A model generated the notes under the pieces. That model was not told the origin of the DNA, searched no databases, and worked only from the letters and a program-made list of their open reading frames with translations. A program made the position numbers and the translations under genes. From sequence record SRR20825006_271: DNA of 61,796 nucleotides; one strand, given 5' to 3'. Below are positions 27,801 through 38,123 of the stretch, piece by piece (positions within the stretch are counted from its first letter, which is position 1; each line of letters begins with the position of its first letter).

Positions 27801-28532
27801 ATGCAACAACATCATGAATTTTTATTGATACATGGGTCTTGGCACACAGGTGCTTGCTGGCGGCATGTGGAAGCGGTGTTGCAGGCCAATGGCCATAAAA
27901 CACATGCGATCACGCTGCCAGGTCATGGGGATGGCGCAACAGATGTGTCGCTTGAAAAATATGTGCAAGCGATCGTGGATTACGTAGATGCGGCGGCGCT
28001 GGACAAGTTTGTTTTGGTTGGGCACAGCGCTGGTGGCACTATCGTGTGCAAAGCCGCGGAAAAATTGGGCGACACTATTGCGCGATTGGTATTGATTTCG
28101 CCGCTGTTGGCAAAAGATGGTGAAGCGCTGACGCAGGCGGTGCCGCCTGCCTATGCCGATTTATTTGCGCAAATGGCTGCCGCAAATGACAATAATCAAA
28201 TTATGGTGCCCTGGGAGGTTTGGCGCGATAGCTTTATTGGTGACGCCAGTGAAGAAGTGGCGCGGGCGGCATTTGATGAATTATGCCCTGAGCCATTTGG
28301 GCCGCTGACCGAGGCTGTGGATTTAAGCAAATTTGCACAACTACCAATCGCCAAGAGCTACATTCGCTGCATGGAAGATGTGGTATTTCCGGTGGGTGAG
28401 TTTGGCCTTTTCCCCCGTATGTATGAGCAAATTGCGCCGTGCCGTTTGGTCAATGTGCAGGGCAGCCATGAATTGATGTATTCCAACCCTGATGCGTTAG
28501 CTGATGCGCTGATTAAAGCGGGGCGCGCATAA
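27801..28532 (+). CDS. Alpha/beta-hydrolase (methylesterase/SABP2-like esterase)
   Basis: LIHGSWH, GHSAGG nucleophile elbow, ED and GSH triad positions. Confidence 0.88.
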   Translation: MQQHHEFLLIHGSWHTGACWRHVEAVLQANGHKTHAITLPGHGDGATDVSLEKYVQAIVDYVDAAALDKFVLVGHSAGGTIVCKAAEKLGDTIARLVLISPLLAKDGEALTQAVPPAYADLFAQMAAANDNNQIMVPWEVWRDSFIGDASEEVARAAFDELCPEPFGPLTEAVDLSKFAQLPIAKSYIRCMEDVVFPVGEFGLFPRMYEQIAPCRLVNVQGSHELMYSNPDALADALIKAGRA

Positions 28533-28533
28533 G

Positions 28534-29967
28534 GTGAAGGAAGAGGAGTATGCCCTTTTAGATGCCACGGGTTTGGCAGGTTTGGTGGCGCGCGGGGAGG
28601 TGGACCCCTATTCCCCTTCGCGGGCTGCCCAACAAAGAATTGCTCGTCTCAACCCCACCTTCAATGCAGCGGTCACATCTATTGTGCCTGCATTGGAAAT
28701 GGAGAGTTGGCACGAGCACTTGCCGCCCTTTTTTGGTGTGCCAACCTTGGTGAAAGATTTGCACACTTTGGTCAAAGGGTCCGCTTTAACCCATGGCTCC
28801 CGGTTCTTTAAAGGGCATATTTCTTCCCATGATAGTGACTTGGTGGCGCGGATGCGCCGCGCGGGCATGTCTATTGTCGGCCGTAGCAATACGCCTGAGT
28901 TTGGCATCAATACGAGCACTGAAGGTGCCTTTCACGGCCCTGCCTTGAACCCATGGAATATTGCACGGAGCACTGGCGGTTCAAGCGGTGGTGCTGCTGC
29001 AGCTGTGGCCAGCGGGATGGTGCCTATCGCGCATGCAACGGATAGCGGTGGGTCAATCCGTATTCCCGCATCGTGCTGTGGTTTGATTGGTTTGAAACCA
29101 AGTCGAGGCCGTATCTTTGCTGGGTTGGACGACGGGGAAGGTTGGCATGATATGTTTCATGCCTTTTTTCTTACGCGCTCAGTGCGTGATGTGGCGGGGC
29201 TGTTAGATTGCCTTGCCAATCAGGATGGCGCGGTGCCTTATATGGCTCCAGTAAAATCAGGCACTTATAAGGAGCTTTTGCGGCAGCCTTGCCCGAAATA
29301 CAAGGTGGGTGTGATGCGGTTGCCGCCGAATGAGGTCGCGATAGACCCAGAATGTGAGAAGGCGCTTAACAGAGCCGAAGCGGCGTTTTCCGAAATGGGG
29401 CATGGGCTGATCGATTTGCACATTTCGATCAATGTGCCGGAGATGGCGGATTGTTTTCGCAAAGTGATCGCGAGCAGCGTTGCGGCGACCATCACTGCGC
29501 ATGAAAAGGTGTTGAAGCGGCAGGCGCGTGAAGATGATTTTGAGCCAGTTGTTTGGCAGATGCTGCGGTTGGGTCGAAGCATCGATGGGGGCGAGCTTAA
29601 TCGCGCGACGGCTCAATTGCATCTTTTGGCACGAGACATAATGCAAACCACCAGCCGATTTGATCTGCTGCTAACGCCAACACTGGCGAAAGCGCCTCTG
29701 CCTTTGGGCGAGTTGGATGCAAGCACGCCTGATCTTGATGTTTTTTTTCAAAAGATCTTCGGATTTGCTCCCTTTACATCGCTCTTTAATGTGACGGGTC
29801 AGCCAGCGATCAGTTTGCCCATTCATTGGAATCAGGATGATTTGCCAATTGGTGTGCAATGTGTTGCGGGCGCTGGGTGTGAGGATATTTTGCTGCACAT
29901 CGCGCGTGACTTTGAACATTATTTCGAATGGCAAAAGCGCCAAAATAAATTGATTAAACGACTTTGA
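28534..29967 (+). CDS. Amidase-signature family amidase
   Basis: [34 protein letters not shown]. Confidence 0.92.
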   Translation: MKEEEYALLDATGLAGLVARGEVDPYSPSRAAQQRIARLNPTFNAAVTSIVPALEMESWHEHLPPFFGVPTLVKDLHTLVKGSALTHGSRFFKGHISSHDSDLVARMRRAGMSIVGRSNTPEFGINTSTEGAFHGPALNPWNIARSTGGSSGGAAAAVASGMVPIAHATDSGGSIRIPASCCGLIGLKPSRGRIFAGLDDGEGWHDMFHAFFLTRSVRDVAGLLDCLANQDGAVPYMAPVKSGTYKELLRQPCPKYKVGVMRLPPNEVAIDPECEKALNRAEAAFSEMGHGLIDLHISINVPEMADCFRKVIASSVAATITAHEKVLKRQAREDDFEPVVWQMLRLGRSIDGGELNRATAQLHLLARDIMQTTSRFDLLLTPTLAKAPLPLGELDASTPDLDVFFQKIFGFAPFTSLFNVTGQPAISLPIHWNQDDLPIGVQCVAGAGCEDILLHIARDFEHYFEWQKRQNKLIKRL

Positions 29968-30031
29968 TTTTACATTAGACTTCTCATTTCCTCTCGTATG
30001 TTGAGCTGAAGATATTCTTCGGCAAATAAAT

Positions 30032-30058
30032 ATGACTTGTCATTAAATGATATGTCAT
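30032..30058. promoter_or_regulatory. Tandem palindromic MarR operator candidates ATGACTTGTCAT and ATGATATGTCAT
   Basis: Two near-identical ATGA-N4-TCAT inverted repeats 3 bp apart just upstream of the marR gene. Confidence 0.55.
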
Positions 30059-30077
30059 ATAATTTAATGTGTGGGGG

Positions 30078-30584
30078 ATGAGTGAAATGAACAAGACGAT
30101 AAATTCCGTTTTACGGTTGGACCATATTCCAAGCACAGCAAGTGAATTGTCTGTTGCCACGCAGCGTTTGGCGCGGCTATTGCGCGGGCAAATTTCCATG
30201 TTGCTGGCTGCTAATGGTGAATTGGGGCTGGTTGAATGGCGGATATGTCTTTGTATTTCACAAAGTGAAAACCCATCGCAAAAAGACCTTGTAGATTTTG
30301 CGGGTATTGAGCAGGCACAGGTCAGCCGTGCGCTGATGAAGCTTGAGCAAAAGGGTATTATTCAATCTCGGCAATCGGAAGAGGATCGTCGGGTTCGGAT
30401 TTTTGGCCTGAGTGAAACAGGCCAGGCCTATTTTGATCGGGTGCAGCCTGTGATTGCTGCCTATCACCAGCAGATTGATGCGGTTTTAAGCGAAGCGGAA
30501 AAAACACAATTCCTCGACATGGTTGAACGCGTGGCGAAAGCGGCGCAATTGGCCTGCAATGATGAAGCGCAACAAGCGGGCTAA
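30078..30584 (+). CDS. MarR-family transcriptional regulator
   Basis: EWRI, QAQVSRAL..LEQKG, DRR wing; start between 30069 and 30087. Confidence 0.88.
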   Translation: MSEMNKTINSVLRLDHIPSTASELSVATQRLARLLRGQISMLLAANGELGLVEWRICLCISQSENPSQKDLVDFAGIEQAQVSRALMKLEQKGIIQSRQSEEDRRVRIFGLSETGQAYFDRVQPVIAAYHQQIDAVLSEAEKTQFLDMVERVAKAAQLACNDEAQQAG

Positions 30585-30649
30585 CCGAAATTTCGGAGCA
30601 CGCTGAGCAACGCCCTTGGATAGAAGAGGGCCGATTGGGAGGATATATA

Positions 30650-31585
30650 ATGAAGAAAATTATCGCACTAGCATGTGCAGCAATGTTGGGCATGGCTGCG
30701 CCAGCATTGGCTGAAGATTGGGCGCCATCGGGTCCGATTGAGTTGCAAATTGGCTTTGGTGCTGGCGGTGAAACCGACACTTTGGGTCGGGTGATTGCCG
30801 CCACAATGGAAGAGCAGACAGGCTGGAATGTGGTGCCACAAAATAAGCCTGGCGGTGGTGGCATTGCCATGTTCACTGGTTTGCTGAACGCCAAGAATGA
30901 CGGGTCGGTGATCGCGATGGGTGTATCTATGCCTGTGTTGATCAATCTCACCTTACGCGGCGATCAATTGCCATTTGATCTGGATAGCTTTGACTATCTC
31001 GGCACGGTGACCCGGGCGCAATTGGCGCTGATCGCCAAAAGCGATGCGCCATTTGATGATATGGCGGGGTTGATTGAATATTCAAAAGAGCAGGGCGGTG
31101 TTCCGGTTGCTTTTGATGCTAAGCCGCAAGAATTGATGTTGATGGCGCTGAATGAGCAAACAGGTGCTGGCTTTAAGCTTGTGTCCACAAAAAGCTCAGC
31201 CGAAATGGTGCAGTTTGTTTTGGGTGGTCAGGTTGTTGCGTCGTTCAATGCGGGCACGCACATTCAGTATTTGGAAAAGGGCGACGTGAAAATGTTGGCC
31301 AGTGCAAATGCGGACCGTCATGCCTATGCTGAAGATGTGCCAACACTACAAGAGCAGGGCTATGATCTTTACACCGACCCGTATTTCTATTTTGCGGCGC
31401 CGGGTGGCATGTCTGACGAAGCAAAGTCTGCCTTGGCAACAGCCTTGGACAATGCGATTGGCTCCGAAAAAGTGCAGGATCTGGTGAAGAATGTGATGCA
31501 GAATAGCGTCAATAATCTTGGCCCAGACGGCACAGAAAAAATGATGAAAGATGGCTTGAACAGCGTTGGCGATCTGTTCAACTAA
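30650..31585 (+). CDS. tctC: TTT substrate-binding protein (TctC/Bug)
   Basis: Signal peptide, GFGAGGETD, NKPGGGG, VPTLQEQG. Confidence 0.9.
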   Translation: MKKIIALACAAMLGMAAPALAEDWAPSGPIELQIGFGAGGETDTLGRVIAATMEEQTGWNVVPQNKPGGGGIAMFTGLLNAKNDGSVIAMGVSMPVLINLTLRGDQLPFDLDSFDYLGTVTRAQLALIAKSDAPFDDMAGLIEYSKEQGGVPVAFDAKPQELMLMALNEQTGAGFKLVSTKSSAEMVQFVLGGQVVASFNAGTHIQYLEKGDVKMLASANADRHAYAEDVPTLQEQGYDLYTDPYFYFAAPGGMSDEAKSALATALDNAIGSEKVQDLVKNVMQNSVNNLGPDGTEKMMKDGLNSVGDLFN

Positions 31586-31593
31586 GCAAATTG

Positions 31594-31618
31594 GCTGCCC
31601 CGCACCGGGGCGGCTTTT
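31594..31618 (+). terminator. Stem-loop after SBP gene
   Basis: GCTGCCCCG-CAC-CGGGGCGGC-TTTT. Confidence 0.55.
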
Positions 31619-31640
31619 CGCTCTTTTCAGGTGATCGACC

Positions 31641-32057
31641 ATGATTGAACGATTAACGGGCGTGGCTGTTGCCGCGTTTGGTGCAGCGCTATTCTTCCTC
31701 ATCACGCCAATGGCGACTGAAACAGTTGGCTATGGTTGGTTGCGGCCCAACACGGTGCCCAATGTGATGGCCGTGATCATGATGCTTGCGGGGCTAATCC
31801 TAGCGCTTACCGCGCCGCAGGATCAGTTTATTGATTTCCCGAAAATGGCGCGGGCGGCAGGCTTTCTGCTGGTGATCGTGGCCGGGCTGTGGGCGATGGT
31901 GCAATGGCGATATCATTTTGTGGCGCCGGGTTTGGCGCTTGTGCTGATGCTGCTGGTGGGCGAGCGCCGATGGCGCTGGCTGCTCGTCGGAGCATTGATT
32001 TTACCGCTCAGCATTTCGTTTCTTATTGAATATGTGCTTTCCCGTCCCCTGATCTAA
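31641..32057 (+). CDS. tctB: TTT small subunit TctB
   Basis: Hydrophobic 138 aa protein between tctC and tctA. Confidence 0.8.
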   Translation: MIERLTGVAVAAFGAALFFLITPMATETVGYGWLRPNTVPNVMAVIMMLAGLILALTAPQDQFIDFPKMARAAGFLLVIVAGLWAMVQWRYHFVAPGLALVLMLLVGERRWRWLLVGALILPLSISFLIEYVLSRPLI

Positions 32058-32068
32058 TTGGATAATTT

Positions 32069-33568
32069 ATGGTCGATTTTTCCGTTATCTTGGCTGGATT
32101 TGCTGACGCTTTTACGCCCATCAATTTGATGTTTGTGGTGTTTGGCGTGATGCTGGGACAATTTGTGGGGGCCATGCCCGGCATTGGCCCGGTGATGGCG
32201 ATGGCGATTGCTATCCCCTTTACTTTTGTGATTGATCCGCTGCCTGCGATTGCCTTTCTGGTCGGCATCAATAAGGGTGGTCTGGTTGGCGGTGCAGTGC
32301 CTGCGATTTTGATCAACACCCCCGGTACGCCGGATGCAGCCGCGACAGCAATGGATGGTCACCCGCTAGCGCAGCAGGGCAAGCCGGAAAAAGCGACCAA
32401 GATGGCGCTTTATTCTTCCGTCACGGGCGACACATTTTCCGACATTGTGTTGGTGACCATATCCGCGCCGCTCGCGCTGGTTGCGTTGAAAATGGGACCG
32501 GTGGAAATTCTGGCGCTGATGGTCTTTGCATTCTCCGTGATCGCAGGTTTGGTGGGCAAGAGCATTTCAAAAGGGATTATCGCAGCGGCTTTGGGCATGC
32601 TGGCGGCGACTGTGGGGCTGGACCCGGAACATGCCACACCGCGCTATTATTTCGGCTATTTTGAGCTGTTTGACGGCTTGCCGTTGGCGGCAGTGGCCAT
32701 CGGTATGTTGGCCGTTGCTGAGATTTTGCGGCGGCTGGCCAGCAGCAAAAAAGGTTCCTCTGCGGCGATTGCGCAGCAAAAAGATATGGCGCCAGAAGAT
32801 CGTCGCGTGAGCTTTGCTGAATATTGGACCTGTCGCTTCACCATGGTGCGTGGTGCTTTCATTGGCACGATTTTAGGTGCTTTGCCCGGCGTTGGCTCTA
32901 CTGCTGCAGCCTTTATGTCTTATGCGGCGACTAAGAAATCGTCCAAAGATCCGGAGAGCTTTGGCAAAGGCAATTTGCAGGGGATCGCGGCGGCGGAGAG
33001 CGCGAACTCGGCAGTAATGGGCGCCAATCTGATTCCGCTTTTGACACTTGGCATTCCTGGAAGTGTGGGTGCGGCGCTGATTATATCTGCTTTTGTGATC
33101 CACGGTATTCAGCCGGGCCCGTTGCTGTTTGAAGAGCAGGGGCGGTTGGTCTATGGCCTGTTTGGCGCGATGATTATGGCGAACTTCGCCAATCTCTTTG
33201 TGGGGCAATTGGGATTGCGGCTGTGGTCCTTTGTGATCCGTGCGCCGGAATCCGTTATCTTTTCCACTGCCATTCTTTTGTGCATCGCCGGGGTCTATCT
33301 GGCTACGGGCGGCCTGTTCGGTGTGATCATCATGTTGATGGCGGCGGCGCTTGGCTATGTGATGACCAGCTTCGGCTTCTCACCTGTGATCTTCATCATC
33401 GCCTTTTTCCTTGGTGGACGGTTTGAAATTGCCCTGTCGCAAAGTCTTGTCTTGTTGGATGGCAATGTTTTGGCCTTAATCAATTACCCAATTGCTTTGG
33501 CCTTATTTGCGATCGCGCTGATCACCATGGTTTGGATGATCTGGGCTGATCGCCAAAAAGAATTATAG
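32069..33568 (+). CDS. tctA: TTT large subunit TctA
   Basis: GAMPGIG, ILINTPGTP, ESANSA, LTLGIPGS, GIQPGP. Confidence 0.93.
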   Translation: MVDFSVILAGFADAFTPINLMFVVFGVMLGQFVGAMPGIGPVMAMAIAIPFTFVIDPLPAIAFLVGINKGGLVGGAVPAILINTPGTPDAAATAMDGHPLAQQGKPEKATKMALYSSVTGDTFSDIVLVTISAPLALVALKMGPVEILALMVFAFSVIAGLVGKSISKGIIAAALGMLAATVGLDPEHATPRYYFGYFELFDGLPLAAVAIGMLAVAEILRRLASSKKGSSAAIAQQKDMAPEDRRVSFAEYWTCRFTMVRGAFIGTILGALPGVGSTAAAFMSYAATKKSSKDPESFGKGNLQGIAAAESANSAVMGANLIPLLTLGIPGSVGAALIISAFVIHGIQPGPLLFEEQGRLVYGLFGAMIMANFANLFVGQLGLRLWSFVIRAPESVIFSTAILLCIAGVYLATGGLFGVIIMLMAAALGYVMTSFGFSPVIFIIAFFLGGRFEIALSQSLVLLDGNVLALINYPIALALFAIALITMVWMIWADRQKEL

Positions 33569-33577
33569 AGGTTTTTT

Positions 33578-35236
33578 ATGACCCAGAAGAAAAATGTCCT
33601 TTTCATCATGTTTGATCAGCTCCGGTTTGATTATCTGAGCTGTCAGGGCCATCCGCATTTGCATACGCCACATATGGATCGTTTAGCGGAAAAGGGTGTG
33701 CGCTTTACCCGCGCCTATGTGCAGTCGCCGATCTGCGGTTCATCGCGCATGAGTTATTACACAGGGCGTTATGTGCATAGCCATGGGGCACAGCGGAACA
33801 ATTTTCCGTTGAAGGTTGGTGAGTTTACACTCGGCGATCATCTGCGCAATGGGGACATTGATTGCTATTTGATCGGCAAAACCCACATGCAGGCTGATGA
33901 GGCTGGGTTGAAGCGGCTGGGCATTATGCCCGATAGTGTGATCGGCGCGCGGCAATCAGAATGTGGGTTTGATGCCTATATTCGTGATGATGGCCTCTGG
34001 GCCGAAGGCGTCGGTGGTCTCTATGACAGTAAGCGCTCGCCCTATAATGAATATCTGAAAGATAAGGGCTATGAGGCGCATAATCCGTGGCATGAAAATG
34101 CCAATTCGGCACTGAATGAAGAGGGGGATATTGCCTCGGGCTGGTTGATGCAAAATGCGGATCAGCCTGCCAATATCAAGGAAGAGGATTCCGAGACCCC
34201 TTGGCTCACCAGTCAAGCGATCCAGTTTATGGAAGAGCGACGCGGGGCGGATAAATCGTGGTTGTGCCACCTCTCTTACATCAAGCCGCATTGGCCGTAT
34301 ATTGTGCCCGCGCCCTATCATGACATGTATGGGCCTGAACATATTTTGCCGGTGCAACGCAGTGACCAAGAAAAGGCGCATCCGCATCCAGTTTATGGCG
34401 CCTATATGGAAAATTTAGTGGCGCAAAGCTTTTCCAAAGATGAAGTGCGGGAGAAGGTGATCCCCGCCTATATGGGCCTGATCAAGCAATGTGATGATCA
34501 GATGGGGCGGTTGTTTGCCTATCTGGAAGAAACTGGGCAAATGGACGATACCATGATCGTGATCACATCTGATCACGGGGATTATTTGGGCGATCATTGG
34601 CTGGGTGAAAAAGACCTTTTCCATGAATGTTCGGTCAAGGTGCCGCTGATCATTTATGATCCGAGTACTGAGGCTGATGCGACACGCGGGACGGTGTGTG
34701 ATGAACTGGTTGAAGCTGTTGATTTGGTCCCAACATTTTTGGAATGGTTTGGGCAGGACATTCCAAACCATATTGTCGAAGGGCGATCATTGATGCCGTT
34801 TTTGCGCGGCGAGACCGTGGATGATTGGCGCGATTTTGTGATCTCAGAATATGATTATTCCACCACATTGGCGGCCGAAAAATTGGGTCTGGAGCCTGCG
34901 GATTGCCGACTGTTTATGGTCGCAGATAAGGATTGGAAATTGGTGCATGCCGAAGGGGATATGCGCCCGATGTTGTTTAATCTGAACGACGATCCTGAAG
35001 AATATTACGATCTGGGAGATAGCGCGGCGCACTATCCCGTGCGTGAGCAAATGTATCGGCATTTGGGCGCATGGGCGCGGCGCATGTCTCAGCGGACAGC
35101 CATTTCCGATAATCGCATTAAGATGATGCGGGGCAAAGCGCTGGAGAAGGGCATTTTTCTGGGGCTTTATGACGGGTCGGAAGTGCCAGAAGAAAAGGTG
35201 ACACCCATTAAAGGCAAAGGGCAAAAAGCCACCTAA
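33578..35236 (+). CDS. Formylglycine-dependent arylsulfatase (SpAS1-like, PMH-related)
   Basis: FDQLR, CGSSR FGly motif, GKTH, KPHWP, SDHG, GEK; resembles R. pomeroyi SpAS1 as recalled. Confidence 0.85.
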   Translation: MTQKKNVLFIMFDQLRFDYLSCQGHPHLHTPHMDRLAEKGVRFTRAYVQSPICGSSRMSYYTGRYVHSHGAQRNNFPLKVGEFTLGDHLRNGDIDCYLIGKTHMQADEAGLKRLGIMPDSVIGARQSECGFDAYIRDDGLWAEGVGGLYDSKRSPYNEYLKDKGYEAHNPWHENANSALNEEGDIASGWLMQNADQPANIKEEDSETPWLTSQAIQFMEERRGADKSWLCHLSYIKPHWPYIVPAPYHDMYGPEHILPVQRSDQEKAHPHPVYGAYMENLVAQSFSKDEVREKVIPAYMGLIKQCDDQMGRLFAYLEETGQMDDTMIVITSDHGDYLGDHWLGEKDLFHECSVKVPLIIYDPSTEADATRGTVCDELVEAVDLVPTFLEWFGQDIPNHIVEGRSLMPFLRGETVDDWRDFVISEYDYSTTLAAEKLGLEPADCRLFMVADKDWKLVHAEGDMRPMLFNLNDDPEEYYDLGDSAAHYPVREQMYRHLGAWARRMSQRTAISDNRIKMMRGKALEKGIFLGLYDGSEVPEEKVTPIKGKGQKAT

Positions 35237-35262
35237 AGCTCTCAAATCAAATTCATCTGCCA

Positions 35263-35302
35263 TTGTCATTTAGACGTCGAAGAAGCGTCACAATAATGTA
35301 GT
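35263..35302 (+). promoter_or_regulatory. Pho-box-like 11-bp periodic repeats upstream of phnF
   Basis: TTGTCAT-N4-ACGTCGA-N4-GCGTCAC-N4-ATGTAGT. Confidence 0.45.
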
Positions 35303-35348
35303 GCGGCCACCATAGATTTCGATTCATTCGAACGAATTGTGGTGAGCT

Positions 35349-36104
35349 ATGGCCGATTCAAAATGGATATTGGTGCGCAACGCCATTGATGCCGAGATCA
35401 AAGCTGGGCAGTTGAAGCCGGGTGCGCGTTTGCCAACGGAGCCAGACCTTTGCGCCAAGTTTGACGCGGGCCGCCATTCGGTGCGGCGCGCCATTGCGGC
35501 TTTGTCGATTGAAGGCAAGGTGCGTACGCAGCAAGGCAGTGGCACTTATGTAGAAACGCCTGAACTGATCAAATATGTGATCGGTCGGCGCACACGCTTT
35601 CGGCAGAACCTACGAGAGCAAGGTTTGGCGCCGGGCGGCAAAATGCTGGGCCATAGTGTGGGTAAGGCCGATGAAAAGGTTGCGCAGGCGCTTGGCATCA
35701 AGCCGGGCGATCAGGTGATCCGCATTGAACGGCTGACCACGGCGGACAATGTGCCCATTGCCTATGGCACGGCCTACAAGCCTTATGATCGTTTCCCCGA
35801 TTATATACATCGCCGTGCGCAGCATAAGTCTGTGACCGATACTTATAAAAGCTATGGCATTGAAGATTATGTGCGGGCAGACACAACCGTCTACACCCGC
35901 CAGCCGCGCACAGCGGAAGCACATGCCTTAGCGCAGCATCCGCAAATGCCAGTGATGGTGGTGAGCTCCATCGATGCGCTGCTTGATGGCACGCCCATCA
36001 GCTATTCGCAGGTGGCATGGGCCGGCGCGCGCGTGCGCTTTTCACTTGAAGCTGAACCAGAAGATTTTCCGATCCCGTTAGAAATGGAGCGCCAAAATGG
36101 CTGA
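35349..36104 (+). CDS. phnF: Phosphonate regulator PhnF (GntR/HutC)
   Basis: GARLPTE.DL...RHSVRRA..QGSGTYV, IGRRTRF, UTRA domain. Confidence 0.88.
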   Translation: MADSKWILVRNAIDAEIKAGQLKPGARLPTEPDLCAKFDAGRHSVRRAIAALSIEGKVRTQQGSGTYVETPELIKYVIGRRTRFRQNLREQGLAPGGKMLGHSVGKADEKVAQALGIKPGDQVIRIERLTTADNVPIAYGTAYKPYDRFPDYIHRRAQHKSVTDTYKSYGIEDYVRADTTVYTRQPRTAEAHALAQHPQMPVMVVSSIDALLDGTPISYSQVAWAGARVRFSLEAEPEDFPIPLEMERQNG

Positions 36105-36525
36105 CCAACAAAGCCGCCATGCCTTTGTGCTTGCAACATTGGCCCGCGGCAATGATGCCGAAATCAAACAATTTGCTGAGCAATTGCTGGCAGACATAGA
36201 TGAAGTTGAAGTGATTAAAAACCGTACCGGGCTGGTGATGCTGCCCATGCGCGACACGGTGGAAGGCACAGCCTTCCATCTGGGCGAGGTGCTGGTTGCA
36301 GAAGCGCATATCAGGGCGCTGGGCCAAGAAGGCTATGGCATGAAAACCGGACGCGACTTGGAAGCGGCGATGGCCATCGCGGTGATCGATGTTGCTTGGC
36401 AGGCGGGCCATGAACTTTCAGCCATTAATGCTTTTGTGGCGGCGCAGGCTGATGCCATTGCGGCAAATGACAATCAACGCATGCGGGCGGTGGAAGCCAC
36501 GCGCGTTAATATGGAGACATTTTAA
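36097..36525 (+). CDS. phnG: C-P lyase complex subunit PhnG
   Basis: TGLVML..R....FHLGEVLV, C-terminal ATRVNMETF. Confidence 0.85.
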   Translation: MADQQSRHAFVLATLARGNDAEIKQFAEQLLADIDEVEVIKNRTGLVMLPMRDTVEGTAFHLGEVLVAEAHIRALGQEGYGMKTGRDLEAAMAIAVIDVAWQAGHELSAINAFVAAQADAIAANDNQRMRAVEATRVNMETF

Positions 36526-37061
36526 TGATGGCGGCTCCCCAACGTAATCATGAAGAAGCATTTGCCAATGCCGCGTTTGACGCGATGTTGAGTGCAACCG
36601 CACGGCCGGGCCAAATTGAAACGCTGCCAGACAGCGATTTTGGTCCCGTAATTGCCGCGCTGATCGATCGTGAATGCACCTTCTTCGCCAGTGATGAAGT
36701 TCTTATTCAGCAATTGAGCGAGACCGGCGCGCGTTTTACCGCAATTGGTGAGGCTGACTTTGTGTTTTGCCGCGCGAGTGAATTGGTGGCGCTTTTGCCG
36801 AAGGTGAAAATTGGCTCTGATCTTTACCCGGACGATGGTGCGACATTGATTGTTTCGGCACGGTTGGCGAAGGGCGACAAGCTGCGGCTGAGTGGGCCAG
36901 GCATTAAACGCCATGAAGATGTGGCCATTGCTGGATTTGAACGTGCGGTGTGGGACCATCGCGCACGGCAAATTCGATATCCGACAGGTTTTGACATGTT
37001 GATTGTGGATGGTGCGCAGCTGATGGCGTTGCCGCGGTCCACCAAGGTGGAGGTTTTGTAA
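36525..37061 (+). CDS. phnH: C-P lyase complex subunit PhnH
   Basis: ARPG, GSDLYPDDGATLI, LSGPGI, YPTGFD, ALPRST. Confidence 0.9.
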   Translation: MMAAPQRNHEEAFANAAFDAMLSATARPGQIETLPDSDFGPVIAALIDRECTFFASDEVLIQQLSETGARFTAIGEADFVFCRASELVALLPKVKIGSDLYPDDGATLIVSARLAKGDKLRLSGPGIKRHEDVAIAGFERAVWDHRARQIRYPTGFDMLIVDGAQLMALPRSTKVEVL

Positions 37062-38123
37062 ATGGCCTATGTTGCAACACGTGGTGGCGAACGGGCCATC
37101 GAGCAATCGGAGCGTTTGTTCAAGCAAGAGCTGGGCACCATTACGCCTGAGAAGGTGAAACAAGTTGGCGAGACAATGCCTTATCTGGTGGACCGGGTAA
37201 TGGGCGAAGCGTCGCTTTATGATCGTGAAGTGGCGGCGCTTGCGCTGGCGCAAACGGGCGGTGAACTCAGCGAGGCGGTGCTGTTGTTGCGCGCTTGGCG
37301 GACAACGCAGCCGCGCATCAGTGTGGCAAAGCCATTGGAGCAGGATGAGCTGCATGTGTTTCGGCGCATTTCGGCGGCGTTTAAGGATATTCCGGGCGGC
37401 CAGCTTTTGGGCCCATCTTTGGATTATGCCCACCGCTTGCTGGCGACCGAAGTTTTGGCTGGCGAAGACTATACGCCAGAGCCTGTGGAATCAGCAGAGA
37501 AAGCGGCACCATCGCATCAGCCGAGTGTGAGCGCGTGGTTGTCGAGCCAAGGCTTGGTGGAAGATGCAGACCATGATGACACGGCACCAGACGATATTCC
37601 GGATTTGACGCGGGAGCCTTTGCTGTTTCCGGCCAAGCGGGCCCATCGGTTGCAAAGCTTGGCCCGTGCGGATTCAGGCGGGGTGTTGGCACTGGGCTAC
37701 TCGGCCATGCGCGGCTATGGCCAAGCGCACCCGACCGTCAGCGAATTGCGACTAACCGAAGCCGAGATTGAGGTGCAGCACCCTTGTGGCACGAGCTTCA
37801 GTGTGGGCCGCGTGAAGGTGAGCCAAGCCGAAGTTGTGTCGAAAGCCAAGGGCGAGCGGCTCGAGCGCGGCTTCGCCGCCACCTTTGGGTGGAACGAAGT
37901 GAAGTGCATTTCGGCCGCCACATTGGATTTGAATGCGGATGGGGCCGAGAAAAATTCTGCCGTTGAGGAAGAGTTCTTCCTTTACCACACGGAAGGTGTG
38001 GAAAGCTCAGGCTTCTGCATTCACTTCAAGCTGCCGCACTATGTGACGTTCCAATCCAGCCTAGATGCAATGCGCGATGCGAAGGCGAAAAAGCAAACCC
38101 CGCAAATGGAGGCGGCAGAATGA
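37062..38123 (+). CDS. phnI: C-P lyase complex subunit PhnI
   Basis: YVATRGGERAI, VDRVMGEASLY, RRISAAFKDIPGGQ, HFKLPHYVTFQ. Confidence 0.93.
   Translation: MAYVATRGGERAIEQSERLFKQELGTITPEKVKQVGETMPYLVDRVMGEASLYDREVAALALAQTGGELSEAVLLLRAWRTTQPRISVAKPLEQDELHVFRRISAAFKDIPGGQLLGPSLDYAHRLLATEVLAGEDYTPEPVESAEKAAPSHQPSVSAWLSSQGLVEDADHDDTAPDDIPDLTREPLLFPAKRAHRLQSLARADSGGVLALGYSAMRGYGQAHPTVSELRLTEAEIEVQHPCGTSFSVGRVKVSQAEVVSKAKGERLERGFAATFGWNEVKCISAATLDLNADGAEKNSAVEEEFFLYHTEGVESSGFCIHFKLPHYVTFQSSLDAMRDAKAKKQTPQMEAAE

Noticed and set aside
33578-35236. Phosphonate monoester hydrolase feeding the phn pathway
   Set aside because: GKTH active-site residues point to the arylsulfatase branch, and a separate promoter-like region precedes phnF
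36522-37433. 303-aa minus-strand ORF
   Set aside because: Antisense shadow of phnH/phnI
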